This document shows, piece after piece, positions 24,767 to 34,984 of a stretch of DNA of 64,000 nucleotides. The first letter of the stretch is position 1, and every line of letters begins with the position of its first letter. The translations under genes and the position numbers were made by a program. Under the pieces are notes generated by a model, which was not told the origin of the DNA, did not search any database, and saw only the letters and a list, made by a program, of their open reading frames with translations. Origin of the DNA: a virus (lineage: Duplodnaviria > Caudoviricetes); the IMG/VR virus record IMGVR_UViG_645948499_000001, positions 1-64,000 of that record; one strand, 5' to 3'.

Positions 24767-26286
24767 GGGCAATCCTCGACGAGAAGAACCTGACCCTGTA
24801 CCTCAAGGGTTCAACTGAAACCGTCCGCATTCCGCAAGGAGATGCACGTCTGAAACCTGCCGTGGACTTCCTCGTTCCCCGCCTGGGTACTCCCGGTGCC
24901 GAGGTGATGATCGACCTCGACAAGGTGGCCAATGTCGTCAACCACTTCGAAGAAGTCGAGAAGAAGTCCAATGGACTGGTTCGCTTCTTCCGTGTGGCGA
25001 AGGAGAAGGTGAAGGCTGCTTTGGGTATTGGCGATGACAGCCAGGAACCCCAGACTCCGGTCCAACCCTTCACCGCTGGCGCGGTCAAGGTGGACGCTGC
25101 GTCTGCTCCCCTGGCTGTCGAAAAGGTCGAGATCAAGGATGCGAAGCTGGCCTCTGCTGTCGATGAGATCCTGTCGAACGCACGTCCTGCTGTCTCCTCC
25201 GATCTGACCTTGAGCGATACCAGCACGGACACCGTAGTTGCTGTCGTAGACGGCAAGGTGGTGACCGATGCCCAGAACCTGGCCACGCAGGTGGTTGCAG
25301 TATCCAAGGGCCAGTCCAGTGCCAAGGGTCTTCAGAAGTTCCTGGAGCGTGTCGCCAGCGTAAGCCATGAGCGTCAGCACTCCAAGGATGACCTGATGAA
25401 GTTCATGAAGCGCGGCGACCTGCCGATTGCGGATGACGGCTCCATCATCATCTACAAGCTGCTGCGTCGTACCAGTGCCGGTCACTTCGTGGACTGCCAC
25501 ACTGGCAACGTACCGCAGCGTGTCGGTAGCCATGTCTTCATGGACAAGAAACTGGTCGACCCCAACCGCCGCAACGAGTGCTCCAATGGCCTGCACGTAG
25601 CTCGTCGCCAGTACCTGGGCACCTTCAGCGGGGACGTTTGCGTCCTCGGTAAGGTAGCCCCGGAAGACGTGATCGCCGTGCCGGAGTACGACGCCAACAA
25701 GATGCGGGTATGTGGTTACCACATCCTGTTCGAGTTGCCGGATGAAGCTCGCAAGAAGCTCCAGCGTAACCAGCCGATGACTGACGATCCGACCTGCGCC
25801 AAGATCCTGGCCAAGGCAATCGCCGGTGATCACGTTGGTGTACTGGAGCGTGTCGAGATCGGCGGCCACAAGGGCACCAACATCCGCGTCACCAAGATGG
25901 GCAATCAGGGCTTCGACAAGAAGCAACTGAAGGCCAATAACCTGGAAGGCGCGGCTGAAGCCAAGGCTATCGAGACTGAAGTCGAGTCCAGCCTGAAGGC
26001 AGATGCCGTCGATGCCAAGGCGGTAGCCCATGAGGTTGCTGCCAAGGCCCGGCAGCCGAAGCCGGCCAAGGCTGAAACCAAGAAGGCCAAGACTGCTGCT
26101 CCGAAAGGTAAGCAGTCCCTGGCCGATCAAGGTAAGACCCTCTTCAATGCCTTCATGAAGAATCCGAGGGACAAGGCTGCTGCTCAAGCATGCCTGGACT
26201 TCAAGAAGGCCAAGAAGAAGGGCTGGGCTGTCCTGGGTATGCCCGCAGATGCCGAAGAGCGTCTGAAGCGGACCCTGGAGTCCTAA
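24742..26286 (+). CDS. rIIB: RIIB-like protein
   Basis: LPIADDG, YK, DCHTG, CSNGLHV, VAVPEYDANKMRVCGY. Confidence 0.93.
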   Translation: MSKEICVVGAILDEKNLTLYLKGSTETVRIPQGDARLKPAVDFLVPRLGTPGAEVMIDLDKVANVVNHFEEVEKKSNGLVRFFRVAKEKVKAALGIGDDSQEPQTPVQPFTAGAVKVDAASAPLAVEKVEIKDAKLASAVDEILSNARPAVSSDLTLSDTSTDTVVAVVDGKVVTDAQNLATQVVAVSKGQSSAKGLQKFLERVASVSHERQHSKDDLMKFMKRGDLPIADDGSIIIYKLLRRTSAGHFVDCHTGNVPQRVGSHVFMDKKLVDPNRRNECSNGLHVARRQYLGTFSGDVCVLGKVAPEDVIAVPEYDANKMRVCGYHILFELPDEARKKLQRNQPMTDDPTCAKILAKAIAGDHVGVLERVEIGGHKGTNIRVTKMGNQGFDKKQLKANNLEGAAEAKAIETEVESSLKADAVDAKAVAHEVAAKARQPKPAKAETKKAKTAAPKGKQSLADQGKTLFNAFMKNPRDKAAAQACLDFKKAKKKGWAVLGMPADAEERLKRTLES

Positions 26287-26293
26287 CTCTTTA

Positions 26294-26318
26294 GGGGGAG
26301 GCAACTCCCCCACTCTTT
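26294..26318 (+). terminator. Intrinsic terminator after rIIB
   Basis: GGGGGAG-GCAA-CTCCCCC then ACTCTTT. Confidence 0.6.
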
Positions 26319-26329
26319 CAGGAGGCTCT

Positions 26330-26554
26330 ATGAGCTATTGGGAAATTTACTTGGTGTTAGGCGTACTCTGGTTTCTCTACGAGATCGCCGATCTGATGGG
26401 TAACCCTCCGCAACTGGTTAAGTTCGTCAAGGTATCCCCGGCCAAGCGCCTGGTAATGATTTTCATGAACTTCGGCCTGTGTATATTCATCTGGCCGCTG
26501 CTCTTCCTGGTTGAAGTAGGGGTTCTCCTCTACCTCAAGTTCAGATCCCGTTAG
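26330..26554 (+). CDS. Small two-TM membrane protein
   Basis: AGGAGG RBS; hydrophobic. Confidence 0.8.
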   Translation: MSYWEIYLVLGVLWFLYEIADLMGNPPQLVKFVKVSPAKRLVMIFMNFGLCIFIWPLLFLVEVGVLLYLKFRSR

Positions 26555-26647
26555 TCAACTAGCCGATTAGTACCCGTGTAATCAACTCAGGATTGCTTTA
26601 TCATGGCATTTGGCTGCTACTAAGCAGTGAACTTGCTGGAGAGTCCA

Positions 26648-26965
26648 ATGCCTTGGAAAAGCAACCCTGACTTGTGGGGTTTACTCGGTGCAGTGTTGAT
26701 CAGTCTGATAAGTGGACTGATCTCGCTGGCTTCTCGGTTGGCTAAGGGCCATCCACTAAACTTCTTCTGGGTGGTTTCGGAGATGGGAGCGGCTATGCTT
26801 AGCGGCTACCTGGTCTATGACCTCTACCCGATCTACCAAGAAGAACTTCCTCGATGGGCAACCATGCCAATCTGCGTAGCATTCTCGGCCCACCTGGGCG
26901 GTAGACTGTTCCAGTGGGTCGAGTTCAAGGTGAAGGAGAGATTCCAAATCCCTGACTCCATCTAG
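26648..26965 (+). CDS. Putative holin (LydA-like, 2-3 TM)
   Basis: Hydrophobic segments, AHLGGR motif, charged C-terminus, close to the lysis genes. Confidence 0.7.
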   Translation: MPWKSNPDLWGLLGAVLISLISGLISLASRLAKGHPLNFFWVVSEMGAAMLSGYLVYDLYPIYQEELPRWATMPICVAFSAHLGGRLFQWVEFKVKERFQIPDSI

Positions 26966-26973
26966 GAAACCAG

Positions 26974-26997
26974 AACCCCTCTTCGGAGGGGTTTTTT
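26974..26997 (+). terminator. Intrinsic terminator
   Basis: AACCCCTC-TTCG-GAGGGGTT-TTTT. Confidence 0.85.
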
Positions 26998-27015
26998 ATT
27001 GTCTGAGGTTCCACC

Positions 27016-27261
27016 ATGAGCAAGTCATACACAGTTGTGTTCAACACCGATGCTGTAGAGCAGCTAGGTTCATTCATCCAAGCCATGAAGCAGGAAGGGA
27101 TCGAAGTCTCGGCCCTGTGCCAAGGCGATGCCATTCTCAAAGCAGAAGCTCTTGTCCACTACTTCCCGGCAGAACTGACCCCGGAAGTGATCGAAGGCTT
27201 CTGCAACAAGTATCAAGAAATGGAGGACTACCATGTCTCGCAGCAAGAAGAAATCGTTTGA
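27016..27261 (+). CDS. Hypothetical protein (81 aa)
   Basis: GAGG RBS. Confidence 0.75.
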   Translation: MSKSYTVVFNTDAVEQLGSFIQAMKQEGIEVSALCQGDAILKAEALVHYFPAELTPEVIEGFCNKYQEMEDYHVSQQEEIV

Positions 27262-27814
27262 GATCATCACCAATATCTCGTCCATGCCCATCTACTACAA
27301 GGTAGTGAACAGCATCGTTCAGGTCGGCACGAACAAGTACAACCATCATCTGACCCTGGAGAAGTACGCAGGCTTCCTGCGTACCAATACTGGTATCTGG
27401 TTTGTAAACCGTGGGTATGCGGACGAGGTTGGGAGAGTAGATCTCCGCAATGACTTCGACAAGAAAGCCACCCTGGCCCACTTGAAGAGGCACTACGATG
27501 CGTTCTGGGTAAACGAGAACGGAGGCCGTAAGGCTTGGCCTACTGTCGAAGCAGCACTTGACAGTTTCCGTCGTCGGAAGCGTATGCATGTGCATCACAC
27601 AGAGCAGGCTTACAAGACTGCTGTGTCTGGCATGGCTTGGACTGACTCGTTGACCGATGAGGACATCGCCAAGCTTCAGCTGACTGGTCGCCTGTCTCGT
27701 AACGAGGAAGATGCCTGGGAACCCTTCAAGAACCGGTCGGTAATCCCTGCCGATCTCCAGCAGGTTCAGGGTGGACCCATTGGTACTGAATGGGATCCCT
27801 TCGACCAGGTATAA
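27233..27814 (+). CDS. Hypothetical protein (193 aa)
   Basis: GGAGGA RBS. Confidence 0.8.
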   Translation: MSRSKKKSFEIITNISSMPIYYKVVNSIVQVGTNKYNHHLTLEKYAGFLRTNTGIWFVNRGYADEVGRVDLRNDFDKKATLAHLKRHYDAFWVNENGGRKAWPTVEAALDSFRRRKRMHVHHTEQAYKTAVSGMAWTDSLTDEDIAKLQLTGRLSRNEEDAWEPFKNRSVIPADLQQVQGGPIGTEWDPFDQV

Positions 27815-27853
27815 AAAAACCCCCTACAGGTAGCGACATGCCTGTAGGGGGTT
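27813..27853 (-). terminator. Terminator of the late tail/lysis operon
   Basis: A7 then an 11-bp stem CCCCCTACAGG/CCTGTAGGGGG between convergent genes. Confidence 0.85.
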
Positions 27854-27868
27854 GAGGTTGGATGAAAC

Positions 27869-28369
27869 CTATGGGGAAGGAGCGGACCCCACGGAACGAA
27901 CTATCGCATAGCTCTTCTGACAGGTCAATCCTGCTGCATGGCTTCGGTCAAACGCTGCTGCGAGTTCTTGTCGATCCGCAACACAGCTTCCGTACAAGTC
28001 GGCGAGCACCACAGCGGCGGCATTGCTTGCATGGCGCTCACGTCCAGCGGAGGCACCTTCGGCAATGAGTTGGTCACGTAGACCGGAGACTTGGACCCGC
28101 AGGCTGCGAGACTGAGCATCAGCAGCAGCAATGCGGGTAGCTTGAGCAGCCAGTTGTTCATCTGCATCTTTCTTCACCTCTTCGATTGCGTTGAGCATGC
28201 TTTGCTCAATTGATTTTGTGTTTTCGTCAGCCGCCTTTTGGGCGGCCTCCATTCGGCTTTCCCAAGCCTCATTGGTTTTGCCTACTCCTTGGGAGTAGGC
28301 CCACCAGCAGAGGACCAGGACCAGCAATGCTTCGCCAAACCAGCGAAGCATACGTGGGGTGATCGTCAT
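27869..28369 (-). CDS. Rz: Inner-membrane spanin (Rz-like)
   Basis: N-terminal TM then coiled coil, C-terminal GLTCQKSY; ATGA-coupled to the endolysin. Confidence 0.88.
   Translation of the reverse strand: MTITPRMLRWFGEALLVLVLCWWAYSQGVGKTNEAWESRMEAAQKAADENTKSIEQSMLNAIEEVKKDADEQLAAQATRIAAADAQSRSLRVQVSGLRDQLIAEGASAGRERHASNAAAVVLADLYGSCVADRQELAAAFDRSHAAGLTCQKSYAIVRSVGSAPSP
27925..28167 (-). CDS. Rz1: Outer-membrane spanin lipoprotein (Rz1-like), embedded in Rz
   Basis: Signal peptide with lipobox LAA-C, Pro-rich, CSPTC; fully nested in another frame. Confidence 0.85.
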   Translation of the reverse strand: MQMNNWLLKLPALLLLMLSLAACGSKSPVYVTNSLPKVPPLDVSAMQAMPPLWCSPTCTEAVLRIDKNSQQRLTEAMQQD

Positions 28370-28890
28370 GCGGTCACCGCCTTGACGGCTTTCTTGTAGC
28401 AGTCTGCCCAGGTATCCGGGTGCGGTTTGCCGGGACGCCACTGGGAGATGTATACATCCCACAGCTTGGCCTGCTCACCTACAGCAGGTAACGCCCTGGC
28501 ATCGGTCCACAGAAGCAGACGGGCAAGCCCGCAAGCCAGGACATCATCATGTTCCAGGGCATTCCACACGGCCTCTTCGTTGGGCTTCACACCACAGGCG
28601 GCTACGAACCTGTGAACACGATCACGGGTTGTAGCATTGTGGTAGTTGAGCAGTCCCTTGACTGCCCCACCCTTCTCGAACTGCCAGTACCCCTTCGCAG
28701 GGCCGAGAGGCAAGAGAACCTTGCGACCCTCGGAGTTGATCGACAGGATCATCTGCCTCCGAGCAGCGAAGCGAGACTCCTGCCCTCCGATAGCCAGCAG
28801 AGCAACACGGGCAGCAGGGCTGTCCATGTTACTGGGGAGCATGGCCATGGTGGCTGGGATCACCTTCTCGTGTACGAGTTGGAAAGTCAT
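28366..28890 (-). CDS. Endolysin (lysozyme-like fold)
   Basis: QESR and GPAKGYWQFE motifs, WRPGKP; immediately upstream of the spanins. Confidence 0.8.
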   Translation of the reverse strand: MTFQLVHEKVIPATMAMLPSNMDSPAARVALLAIGGQESRFAARRQMILSINSEGRKVLLPLGPAKGYWQFEKGGAVKGLLNYHNATTRDRVHRFVAACGVKPNEEAVWNALEHDDVLACGLARLLLWTDARALPAVGEQAKLWDVYISQWRPGKPHPDTWADCYKKAVKAVTA

Positions 28891-29123
28891 TTCGGTTCCT
28901 CCGGTAGTGGGTAGCGTTCTTTGATCTCTTCCACCTTGGCAAGCCAGGCAGTGTAATCCGGTTCGACACCGGCCTTGATCGCATCGAACTCGGCCTCAGT
29001 CTTGAGCGGATCACTCTCTGTACGGTATGCCTCAGCACGCTGGGCCAAGACAACATCGTACTCCTGTTTGATCCTTTGCTCCTGTAGCTGCTCTGTGGTC
29101 TGCATCTTGCTCCAGTCGATCAT
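28887..29123 (-). CDS. Tail fibre assembly-type small protein
   Basis: MIDWSK...R..AY..ESDPL...IKERYP; downstream of the tail fibre. Confidence 0.7.
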   Translation of the reverse strand: MIDWSKMQTTEQLQEQRIKQEYDVVLAQRAEAYRTESDPLKTEAEFDAIKAGVEPDYTAWLAKVEEIKERYPLPEEPK

Positions 29124-29422
29124 TGCGGAAACTCCACTATCCCATCCTTCTTGATATGGATTGGCTTAGGGAACCTGGCTTCTTCGCTGAAGTCCCCACG
29201 AATGGGGAACACCAGTGTCAGATAGATTTCCCCACCTTTCCTGGTGATACCACCAGAGAAGGGTGCCCCTTCTATAGCAGTAGCCGGGAGGTAACCACCC
29301 TCCGGCAACTGCGAGAAGTCATAGTCTACCCCGGAGACTCGAATAGAGTCCCCGGTAACCGAGGCTTCCAGTTCGGTCGAATCTCCCGGAAGGACTACAA
29401 CCGGACTTAGCTTGATGTGCAT
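29120..29422 (-). CDS. Tail fibre assembly-type protein
   Basis: IKLSP...YDFSQLPEG..LPA.AI...ARFP motif; GGAGG RBS; TAATG coupling. Confidence 0.7.
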   Translation of the reverse strand: MHIKLSPVVVLPGDSTELEASVTGDSIRVSGVDYDFSQLPEGGYLPATAIEGAPFSGGITRKGGEIYLTLVFPIRGDFSEEARFPKPIHIKKDGIVEFPQ

Positions 29423-32400
29423 TAGTACCACCTCCCGATGGCCATGACTGTAATGGTGTCTCGTTCGCCGAGTGCCTGAGAGGTAGCAAAAGAAACAGTG
29501 CTACCGCTGTTGAGATAAGCTCCTCGCACACCTTGACCAGCAGTAGCCGGCCAGCCAGAGGACGGGATCCAGTTACAGGTAATTGCGGTGTTGAACCCCG
29601 TCACGAAGGTGGCTGGCAACTGAATCAAGTTGGATCCGGCAGGAAGAGCTTCAGCTGTTCTTGCTGCTGCTATCTGCGTGCCGTCAGCGAAGCGAGTGTA
29701 CCAGCCATTGGAAGTTACAACACTTTCGATGATAGCCCCGTTGGGTTGACCAGCAGAACTATTAGTAGCCGTACCTACCAATTGGAGATCCGTGAGGTAA
29801 CGAACCCAAGGACTCCAACTACCAGAAGCCTTACGCCGGAAGTAGCAGATGTCGGAGGTACGCGGAATGAAGATCTGCGTAGCAGTACTGGCATCGTAAA
29901 CCTGTTGATAGATGCTAGAACCCACCGGGTTAATGGAAGTAATACCCGGAGGCAAGTTAGCCCAAGGGGCAATCCCAACACCGAAGAATCCGCATTCATT
30001 CGGGACAGCGTTGGCATCACTGTAGGACCGGAGATTGGTCAGGGTCTTCGGAGTACCACCGATGTAGTTCAACGCATTCTCTACCGTTGCAGCACCCAGC
30101 AGCCCAATCCCGGCAGAACCGGCGTTCAGGTTACGCCATGCACCACTGGTGCCAGCTTGCAGGGGAACAACCCCTTCATAACCAGAAGCACTGGCTACAG
30201 GCAGACGATTGAAGGCGGTAACCCGTGGGGTCATGAAGCTATTACGCTCCATCCACTTTTCGGTAACCATCTCTACCGGAGTCTGCCAGACACCTGCGTT
30301 GTTCGAATGACGCATGTACACCCTGTCGGTGTAGCAGTGGTTCCAGAGTTCCCAGCCCTTATTGTTGTCGTAGGACATGTGATGCACGAATGCATACACG
30401 TTGCCCGGCAACGGGTTACTAGCATCCCCTGGAACGTAGTAGTAACCACTTCGGATGCCACCACCAGCCAGCTGAGAACCAGTGCGACTGCTCATGGTCA
30501 AGTCACCGTAACCGTAGTGACTGGTCCAGTCCTGGATGAAGGTGACCACGTACTCGGTGTTGGCGATCTGCTTGCTGTAAGGGGCAAACGGAATCTGAGT
30601 CGGTACGGTAGGAATACCCGTGAACGACGGACTCTCCAGAGGAGCCAAACCATTGATGGAAGTGGAGTTCGAGTAGAACTGGCCCAGCTTGTCGGCGATC
30701 TTCTTCGCAGACGCAGTGTTCAGGTGCAGACCGTCGTCAGCAGCAATAGCAGGGTCGAAGTAACCGTCCTTGCTGATCACACGGGCGATGTCCAGTACCT
30801 GACCCAAACCAGATACCTTGTGAAGCTCCCCCGACCACCACTGGTCGGTGTACGCCTTCAACTTGATGACACCAGCAGGCAGCGAATCGTTGTACAGCTT
30901 GGTGCCTTGCATGGCGTTGAACAGGACTACCTGGGCACCTACAGCGTGAAGCCGGTCTACGATGGCTTGGGTATCAGCAGTCCGCTTGGCCATGGTCATC
31001 GTAGCGTCTCTGTGGTCATTCGTGCTGGCATGCATGAAGACTACTTTGACACCAGAGTTCTCGATCTCCGACAGACTGTCCAGGTACTGCCAAGTACGTC
31101 GGCCTTCCACGCCCTGAACCAGCACCAGGTTGTTCCGGTTGGTGGCGTACAGCTGTACTTGACCAAACCAAGTACCTGCCCAGTTGCGGCGATTGTTGTA
31201 GTCAGCAGTCCCACGGGTAACCCCGTATTCGTTCTGACCAGCAGCAATGCTGTCGCCATAGGAGATCAGGTTGGGACGACAGACAGTGATGTAGTCCACG
31301 TCCAACCACCAGCCGTTGGGCGCTACAGGCATCGACGAGAGTTCGATTGCCACTGGCTTGATGGTGTCAACCATCAATCGACCACCACCCTTCTGCCAGG
31401 TGCCATTGGGCATACGGCGGAAAAGTTCCAGATGTCGGTTCACGGCATCGAACTTCACCGCGAGATCCAACCAGGACTCAGTACCCAAACCAGTGAACAT
31501 GGTGGCAGCGTTGCGAGAACCGCCCTCATTACCCTGCATGTGGATGGTATTCGGTTCGATAATGCCATTGGCGTTGACGTTGAAGTAAACGGTGTAGTCC
31601 TTACCGTCAGAAGCAACGAACCGAATCTGGGCAGCCCTGTTCTGTGCAGCAGTACCCGTCTGGGTCTTGATACGGAAGTAGACAATCCAGTGATCATCCG
31701 GGAATCCAACCAGCTTCCGAAGGAATGCACGGTTACCAGAATCATCGGTCTTCGCAATGCGGATGAAGCCAGTGTTCTGAGCAACGCTCACCGGACCGGA
31801 ACGAGTCCAGTTGTAGTGGTCCTCGCCACCTTCGTAAGTGAAGGTTTCGTTCATACCTACCAGAACAGGCAAGTTACCGCCCTCAACCTTCTCGGCAACC
31901 TGGTTTGCGATGGATTCAGCACGATCAGCTTCCGTCTTCGCACGGTTGGCTTGGTCGGCAGCAGCAGTTGCCGAAGCAGCAGCACCAGCAGCTGAGTTCG
32001 CAGCATTGGTTTCGCTGGTCTTGGCAGCAGCGGCAGAGGCAGCGGCTTTACCCACTTCTACCTTAGCCAGATCCACCTGGTCAGCAGCCTTATCAACCTC
32101 GGCTTTCGCCAGTTCAACTTGCTCAGCTGCTTTACCAACTTCTACCTTGGCTAGTTCTACTTGCTCGGCAGCCTTGGTGACTTCAGCCTTGGCCAGGACA
32201 ACCTGCTCTTCAGCACGATCAGCATGACCCTCAGCCTCGTCTCGTGCTTCACGAGCATCGGTGACGGCCTGGGTAATCTTGTTCATGGCCTCTTCGTCCC
32301 ACGGCAGAGACGTAGGCGGAGGTAGCAGGATGAGTTCCTGCACATGGACAGGGGTAGCCGAGTCCGGCACGTAGAAGGTGAACGACGTGCGGTTGCACGG

Positions 32401-32634
32401 ATCATCCTCAAACGACTCGTCATCTACTACGGATACCCGGTACGCCGAAGTAGCAGACTCCAGATCCATGGTGAATTGACCCTGGGCATCCGTGGTCATG
32501 TCGTAGCTTTCAGGTAGAACAATGCAATCGTCTGCATCGTTCATGCCCGGACGAGTCAGGCGGACGGTAAAGTCCTTACCGACCTGCGGACTACCATCCG
32601 GGTTATGGAAGGTGAAGATCACCTTTGTGGTCAT
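29422..32634 (-). CDS. Long tail fibre with SGNH/GDSL esterase and knob domains (1070 aa)
   Basis: Coiled-coil stalk, GDSI/GVEG/STND/DGLH SGNH blocks, SPSFTGIPTVPT..IANTEYV fibre repeat, two knob-like units, NGWYTRFADGTQ C-terminal domain. Confidence 0.92.
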   Translation of the reverse strand: MTTKVIFTFHNPDGSPQVGKDFTVRLTRPGMNDADDCIVLPESYDMTTDAQGQFTMDLESATSAYRVSVVDDESFEDDPCNRTSFTFYVPDSATPVHVQELILLPPPTSLPWDEEAMNKITQAVTDAREARDEAEGHADRAEEQVVLAKAEVTKAAEQVELAKVEVGKAAEQVELAKAEVDKAADQVDLAKVEVGKAAASAAAAKTSETNAANSAAGAAASATAAADQANRAKTEADRAESIANQVAEKVEGGNLPVLVGMNETFTYEGGEDHYNWTRSGPVSVAQNTGFIRIAKTDDSGNRAFLRKLVGFPDDHWIVYFRIKTQTGTAAQNRAAQIRFVASDGKDYTVYFNVNANGIIEPNTIHMQGNEGGSRNAATMFTGLGTESWLDLAVKFDAVNRHLELFRRMPNGTWQKGGGRLMVDTIKPVAIELSSMPVAPNGWWLDVDYITVCRPNLISYGDSIAAGQNEYGVTRGTADYNNRRNWAGTWFGQVQLYATNRNNLVLVQGVEGRRTWQYLDSLSEIENSGVKVVFMHASTNDHRDATMTMAKRTADTQAIVDRLHAVGAQVVLFNAMQGTKLYNDSLPAGVIKLKAYTDQWWSGELHKVSGLGQVLDIARVISKDGYFDPAIAADDGLHLNTASAKKIADKLGQFYSNSTSINGLAPLESPSFTGIPTVPTQIPFAPYSKQIANTEYVVTFIQDWTSHYGYGDLTMSSRTGSQLAGGGIRSGYYYVPGDASNPLPGNVYAFVHHMSYDNNKGWELWNHCYTDRVYMRHSNNAGVWQTPVEMVTEKWMERNSFMTPRVTAFNRLPVASASGYEGVVPLQAGTSGAWRNLNAGSAGIGLLGAATVENALNYIGGTPKTLTNLRSYSDANAVPNECGFFGVGIAPWANLPPGITSINPVGSSIYQQVYDASTATQIFIPRTSDICYFRRKASGSWSPWVRYLTDLQLVGTATNSSAGQPNGAIIESVVTSNGWYTRFADGTQIAAARTAEALPAGSNLIQLPATFVTGFNTAITCNWIPSSGWPATAGQGVRGAYLNSGSTVSFATSQALGERDTITVMAIGRWY
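32047..32214 (-). repeat. Four degenerate 14-aa (42-bp) coiled-coil repeats
   Basis: AEEQVVLAKAEVTK AAEQVELAKVEVGK AAEQVELAKAEVDK AADQVDLAKVEVGK. Confidence 0.85.
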
Positions 32635-32657
32635 GGTTGTATCCTCTTCGAAGGGAA

Positions 32658-33371
32658 TCAGGAGTATACCAATTTACTGAGATCAACAAACACAAGCATT
32701 GGGGGGCCTCCCCCGTACACGTTTACCCAGTTAGTTGAGGAAATTTCGTTTGTTACCCCAATTGACTGCATGGCTATGGAACCTCTACCCCCGCTAAACA
32801 GGCTCAAACCCTCAGCTAAAGCAAAAACTGAACCCGGTTCATCTCCATGACTAGAAGTACCCCGTTTACCCATGCGAGATGTGGTAGTCATCATAATCCC
32901 GCAGTTTGTAGGTACAGTAAATTCATGACTACCTGTCCCATAATTGGGCACTTGGTGGGTGCTATGCACTCTTAGGTAAGGAAGTCGGTCACTAAAAGCT
33001 AACTTGCCATCTGCCTTGAATACCTGTACGCCTGCGTTCTGGTTGATACTCATGTCAGCAGCAGAACCATAAATCAAGACATCTGCCCAAGCAGAATTGT
33101 CAGGGAACATCTCTGTACACAAGCCAATACGCCAAGTAGTTGCATTGATCTTCTGCCTGTTCACCTCAGCCACACGAAAGACATAACCACTGGGGTGGTA
33201 AGTCTGCTTCAACACAATTACAGGGTATTCCCCTACAACATCGATGTTGTGAATGAACGGGTAATTCCTGGAAGGAAGACGCACTGTCCTCTGATAAGCC
33301 ATATTGCTGTAATCAGAGGTTGCCATCAGCACGTTCCCGTTCAGGGAATAAACTTGAAAACCAGCAGGCAT
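32658..33371 (-). CDS. Tail-tip accessory protein (237 aa)
   Basis: MPAGFQVY..NG and internal AGVQVFKADGKLAF repeats. Confidence 0.75.
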   Translation of the reverse strand: MPAGFQVYSLNGNVLMATSDYSNMAYQRTVRLPSRNYPFIHNIDVVGEYPVIVLKQTYHPSGYVFRVAEVNRQKINATTWRIGLCTEMFPDNSAWADVLIYGSAADMSINQNAGVQVFKADGKLAFSDRLPYLRVHSTHQVPNYGTGSHEFTVPTNCGIMMTTTSRMGKRGTSSHGDEPGSVFALAEGLSLFSGGRGSIAMQSIGVTNEISSTNWVNVYGGGPPMLVFVDLSKLVYS

Positions 33372-33688
33372 TAGAAATACCCCACGATAATTCTAAGAGG
33401 TTGGCGACCCACGTTAACCCCGGTAAAAAACCAAGAAACTGTACGTGTGGCAGGGTCGTAAGACACATCAGGTGTTGGGTAAATGGCTACTGTTTGTGTA
33501 GATGTGTTGACAATAATTCGATTGGAGTCAGCTACTGTAACCAACCAAGGAGTCCCTGACCCGACTGGGATAGTGAAGCTACCGGAAGTAGTTCCGGTAG
33601 AGAAAGATGTGTAGACCTGGCAGAGCCTCTCGGTCATGTCAAACCAGAGTGCCCCATTGGAAGTGAAAGTCTGTAGTCCAGCTGGCAT
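33371..33688 (-). CDS. Tail-tip accessory protein (105 aa)
   Basis: MPAGLQTF..NG, similar N-terminus to the downstream gene; TAATG coupling. Confidence 0.75.
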   Translation of the reverse strand: MPAGLQTFTSNGALWFDMTERLCQVYTSFSTGTTSGSFTIPVGSGTPWLVTVADSNRIIVNTSTQTVAIYPTPDVSYDPATRTVSWFFTGVNVGRQPLRIIVGYF

Positions 33689-34963
33689 TTACCAAACCCC
33701 CATGATTACTCGGAGTACCCCAGCAGCATCGTAGACCCTGGTTGCTCCGCCTTTGATGACTGTGCGGCCAGACGTAGCCGTACCGTTGAGTTCATAAGTA
33801 CCGTTATCCCAGAACCTCCAACCTTGACGTTCAGATTCCCAGTTCTTGGATTGGATATTACTCACGTCAATCTGATCTGCTTCAAGGTACTTAGCTTGAA
33901 TCTTACCGTTCTGCACGATAAGACTTCCATCCTGCGCCCGTAGCTTGTCGAAGGTCAGCTTGTTGATGGCACCTTCGTCGATGTAAACGATGTTGTTATC
34001 GATGATGAATGGCTTCCGTTTAACGTTGGCTCGGCCAATCCAGAACCTATCCACATCGAAACCAGCCTCGATAGTTTGACCCTGGTTATACAGGCCAAAA
34101 CCACCGACCAAGTTGCCTGCCTGGAGCTTCACGAAGTATTGAGACTCCAGGGTAGTCATCTTACCTTCCTGCTCCTGCACCTTGGTGACCAAACCAATCT
34201 GGCCAGAGGCAGAGTTACCGTTCACAGTAGAGTTCAATGTCGTTACCGACGAAGCCAGTGAACTGACCTGTGTGGCGAGTGCCTGTTGCTCGGTTTGAAT
34301 GGCTGCAATGTTCCCATTGAAGTCAGCGTACATGGTGTTAACCGTATGCACGAGAGCGCCATCGGCATCAGTACGGATCCGCACTTCCTCCTGAAGCAAT
34401 GCCATGGCGTCATCAGTCTTTGCACCCAGCTCAGAGATGCGTACAGCGAGACCTTGGTCGTTCTGAGCACGCAGAAGTTCTTCCTGGGTGATCCCCAGTT
34501 TGTTCAACTGGATCTGGTCAATCTCAGTACGCAGGTTCTGTGCAAGAGCGCCAGCATCAATCTGCCCTGAGAGGATATCCATCATCTGTCCGATGAGCGG
34601 ACGTGCAGTTGCACTCGCTGGACCGATGACTTCCCCCTCAGTGCCGTTAATGGAGAGCATCTGAATCCAGTAGTAATACCTGGTATCCAAGTTGATCTCT
34701 ACATCTACCCTGTCAAAGTAGAAGTTACCTTGCACAACAGCTACTCGTGTAGCCACATTGAAGTTAGGAGTAATACTCCGCCACAGAATAGTCTGGCTGA
34801 CCGCAGCTGGGTTCAACGTAGGCCATGTCCAGTTGATATCAATCCCTCCGAAGGCTGGCGTAGCCGTCAGAAGGAGGTTGTTCATGTTCGGGTCACCGGG
34901 CTTCGGACCTTTCCAGGATCCAGTACCGCACTCGGTCCCATTCAGATTACATACGTCTACCAT
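33689..34963 (-). CDS. Short or central tail fibre (gpJ C-terminal/DUF1983-like)
   Basis: FN3-like N-terminus, coiled coil, [29 protein letters not shown]-terminus. Confidence 0.85.
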   Translation of the reverse strand: MVDVCNLNGTECGTGSWKGPKPGDPNMNNLLLTATPAFGGIDINWTWPTLNPAAVSQTILWRSITPNFNVATRVAVVQGNFYFDRVDVEINLDTRYYYWIQMLSINGTEGEVIGPASATARPLIGQMMDILSGQIDAGALAQNLRTEIDQIQLNKLGITQEELLRAQNDQGLAVRISELGAKTDDAMALLQEEVRIRTDADGALVHTVNTMYADFNGNIAAIQTEQQALATQVSSLASSVTTLNSTVNGNSASGQIGLVTKVQEQEGKMTTLESQYFVKLQAGNLVGGFGLYNQGQTIEAGFDVDRFWIGRANVKRKPFIIDNNIVYIDEGAINKLTFDKLRAQDGSLIVQNGKIQAKYLEADQIDVSNIQSKNWESERQGWRFWDNGTYELNGTATSGRTVIKGGATRVYDAAGVLRVIMGVW

Positions 34964-34984
34964 TTAGGAATCCTCCTGTTTTAT

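Noticed and set aside
22145-26313. Long minus-strand ORFs (500, 323, 500 aa) opposite rIIA/rIIB; similar shadows occur at 6946-8184, 13926-15113, 29533-31995 and 61171-62487
   Set aside because: Same codon-register shadow artefact
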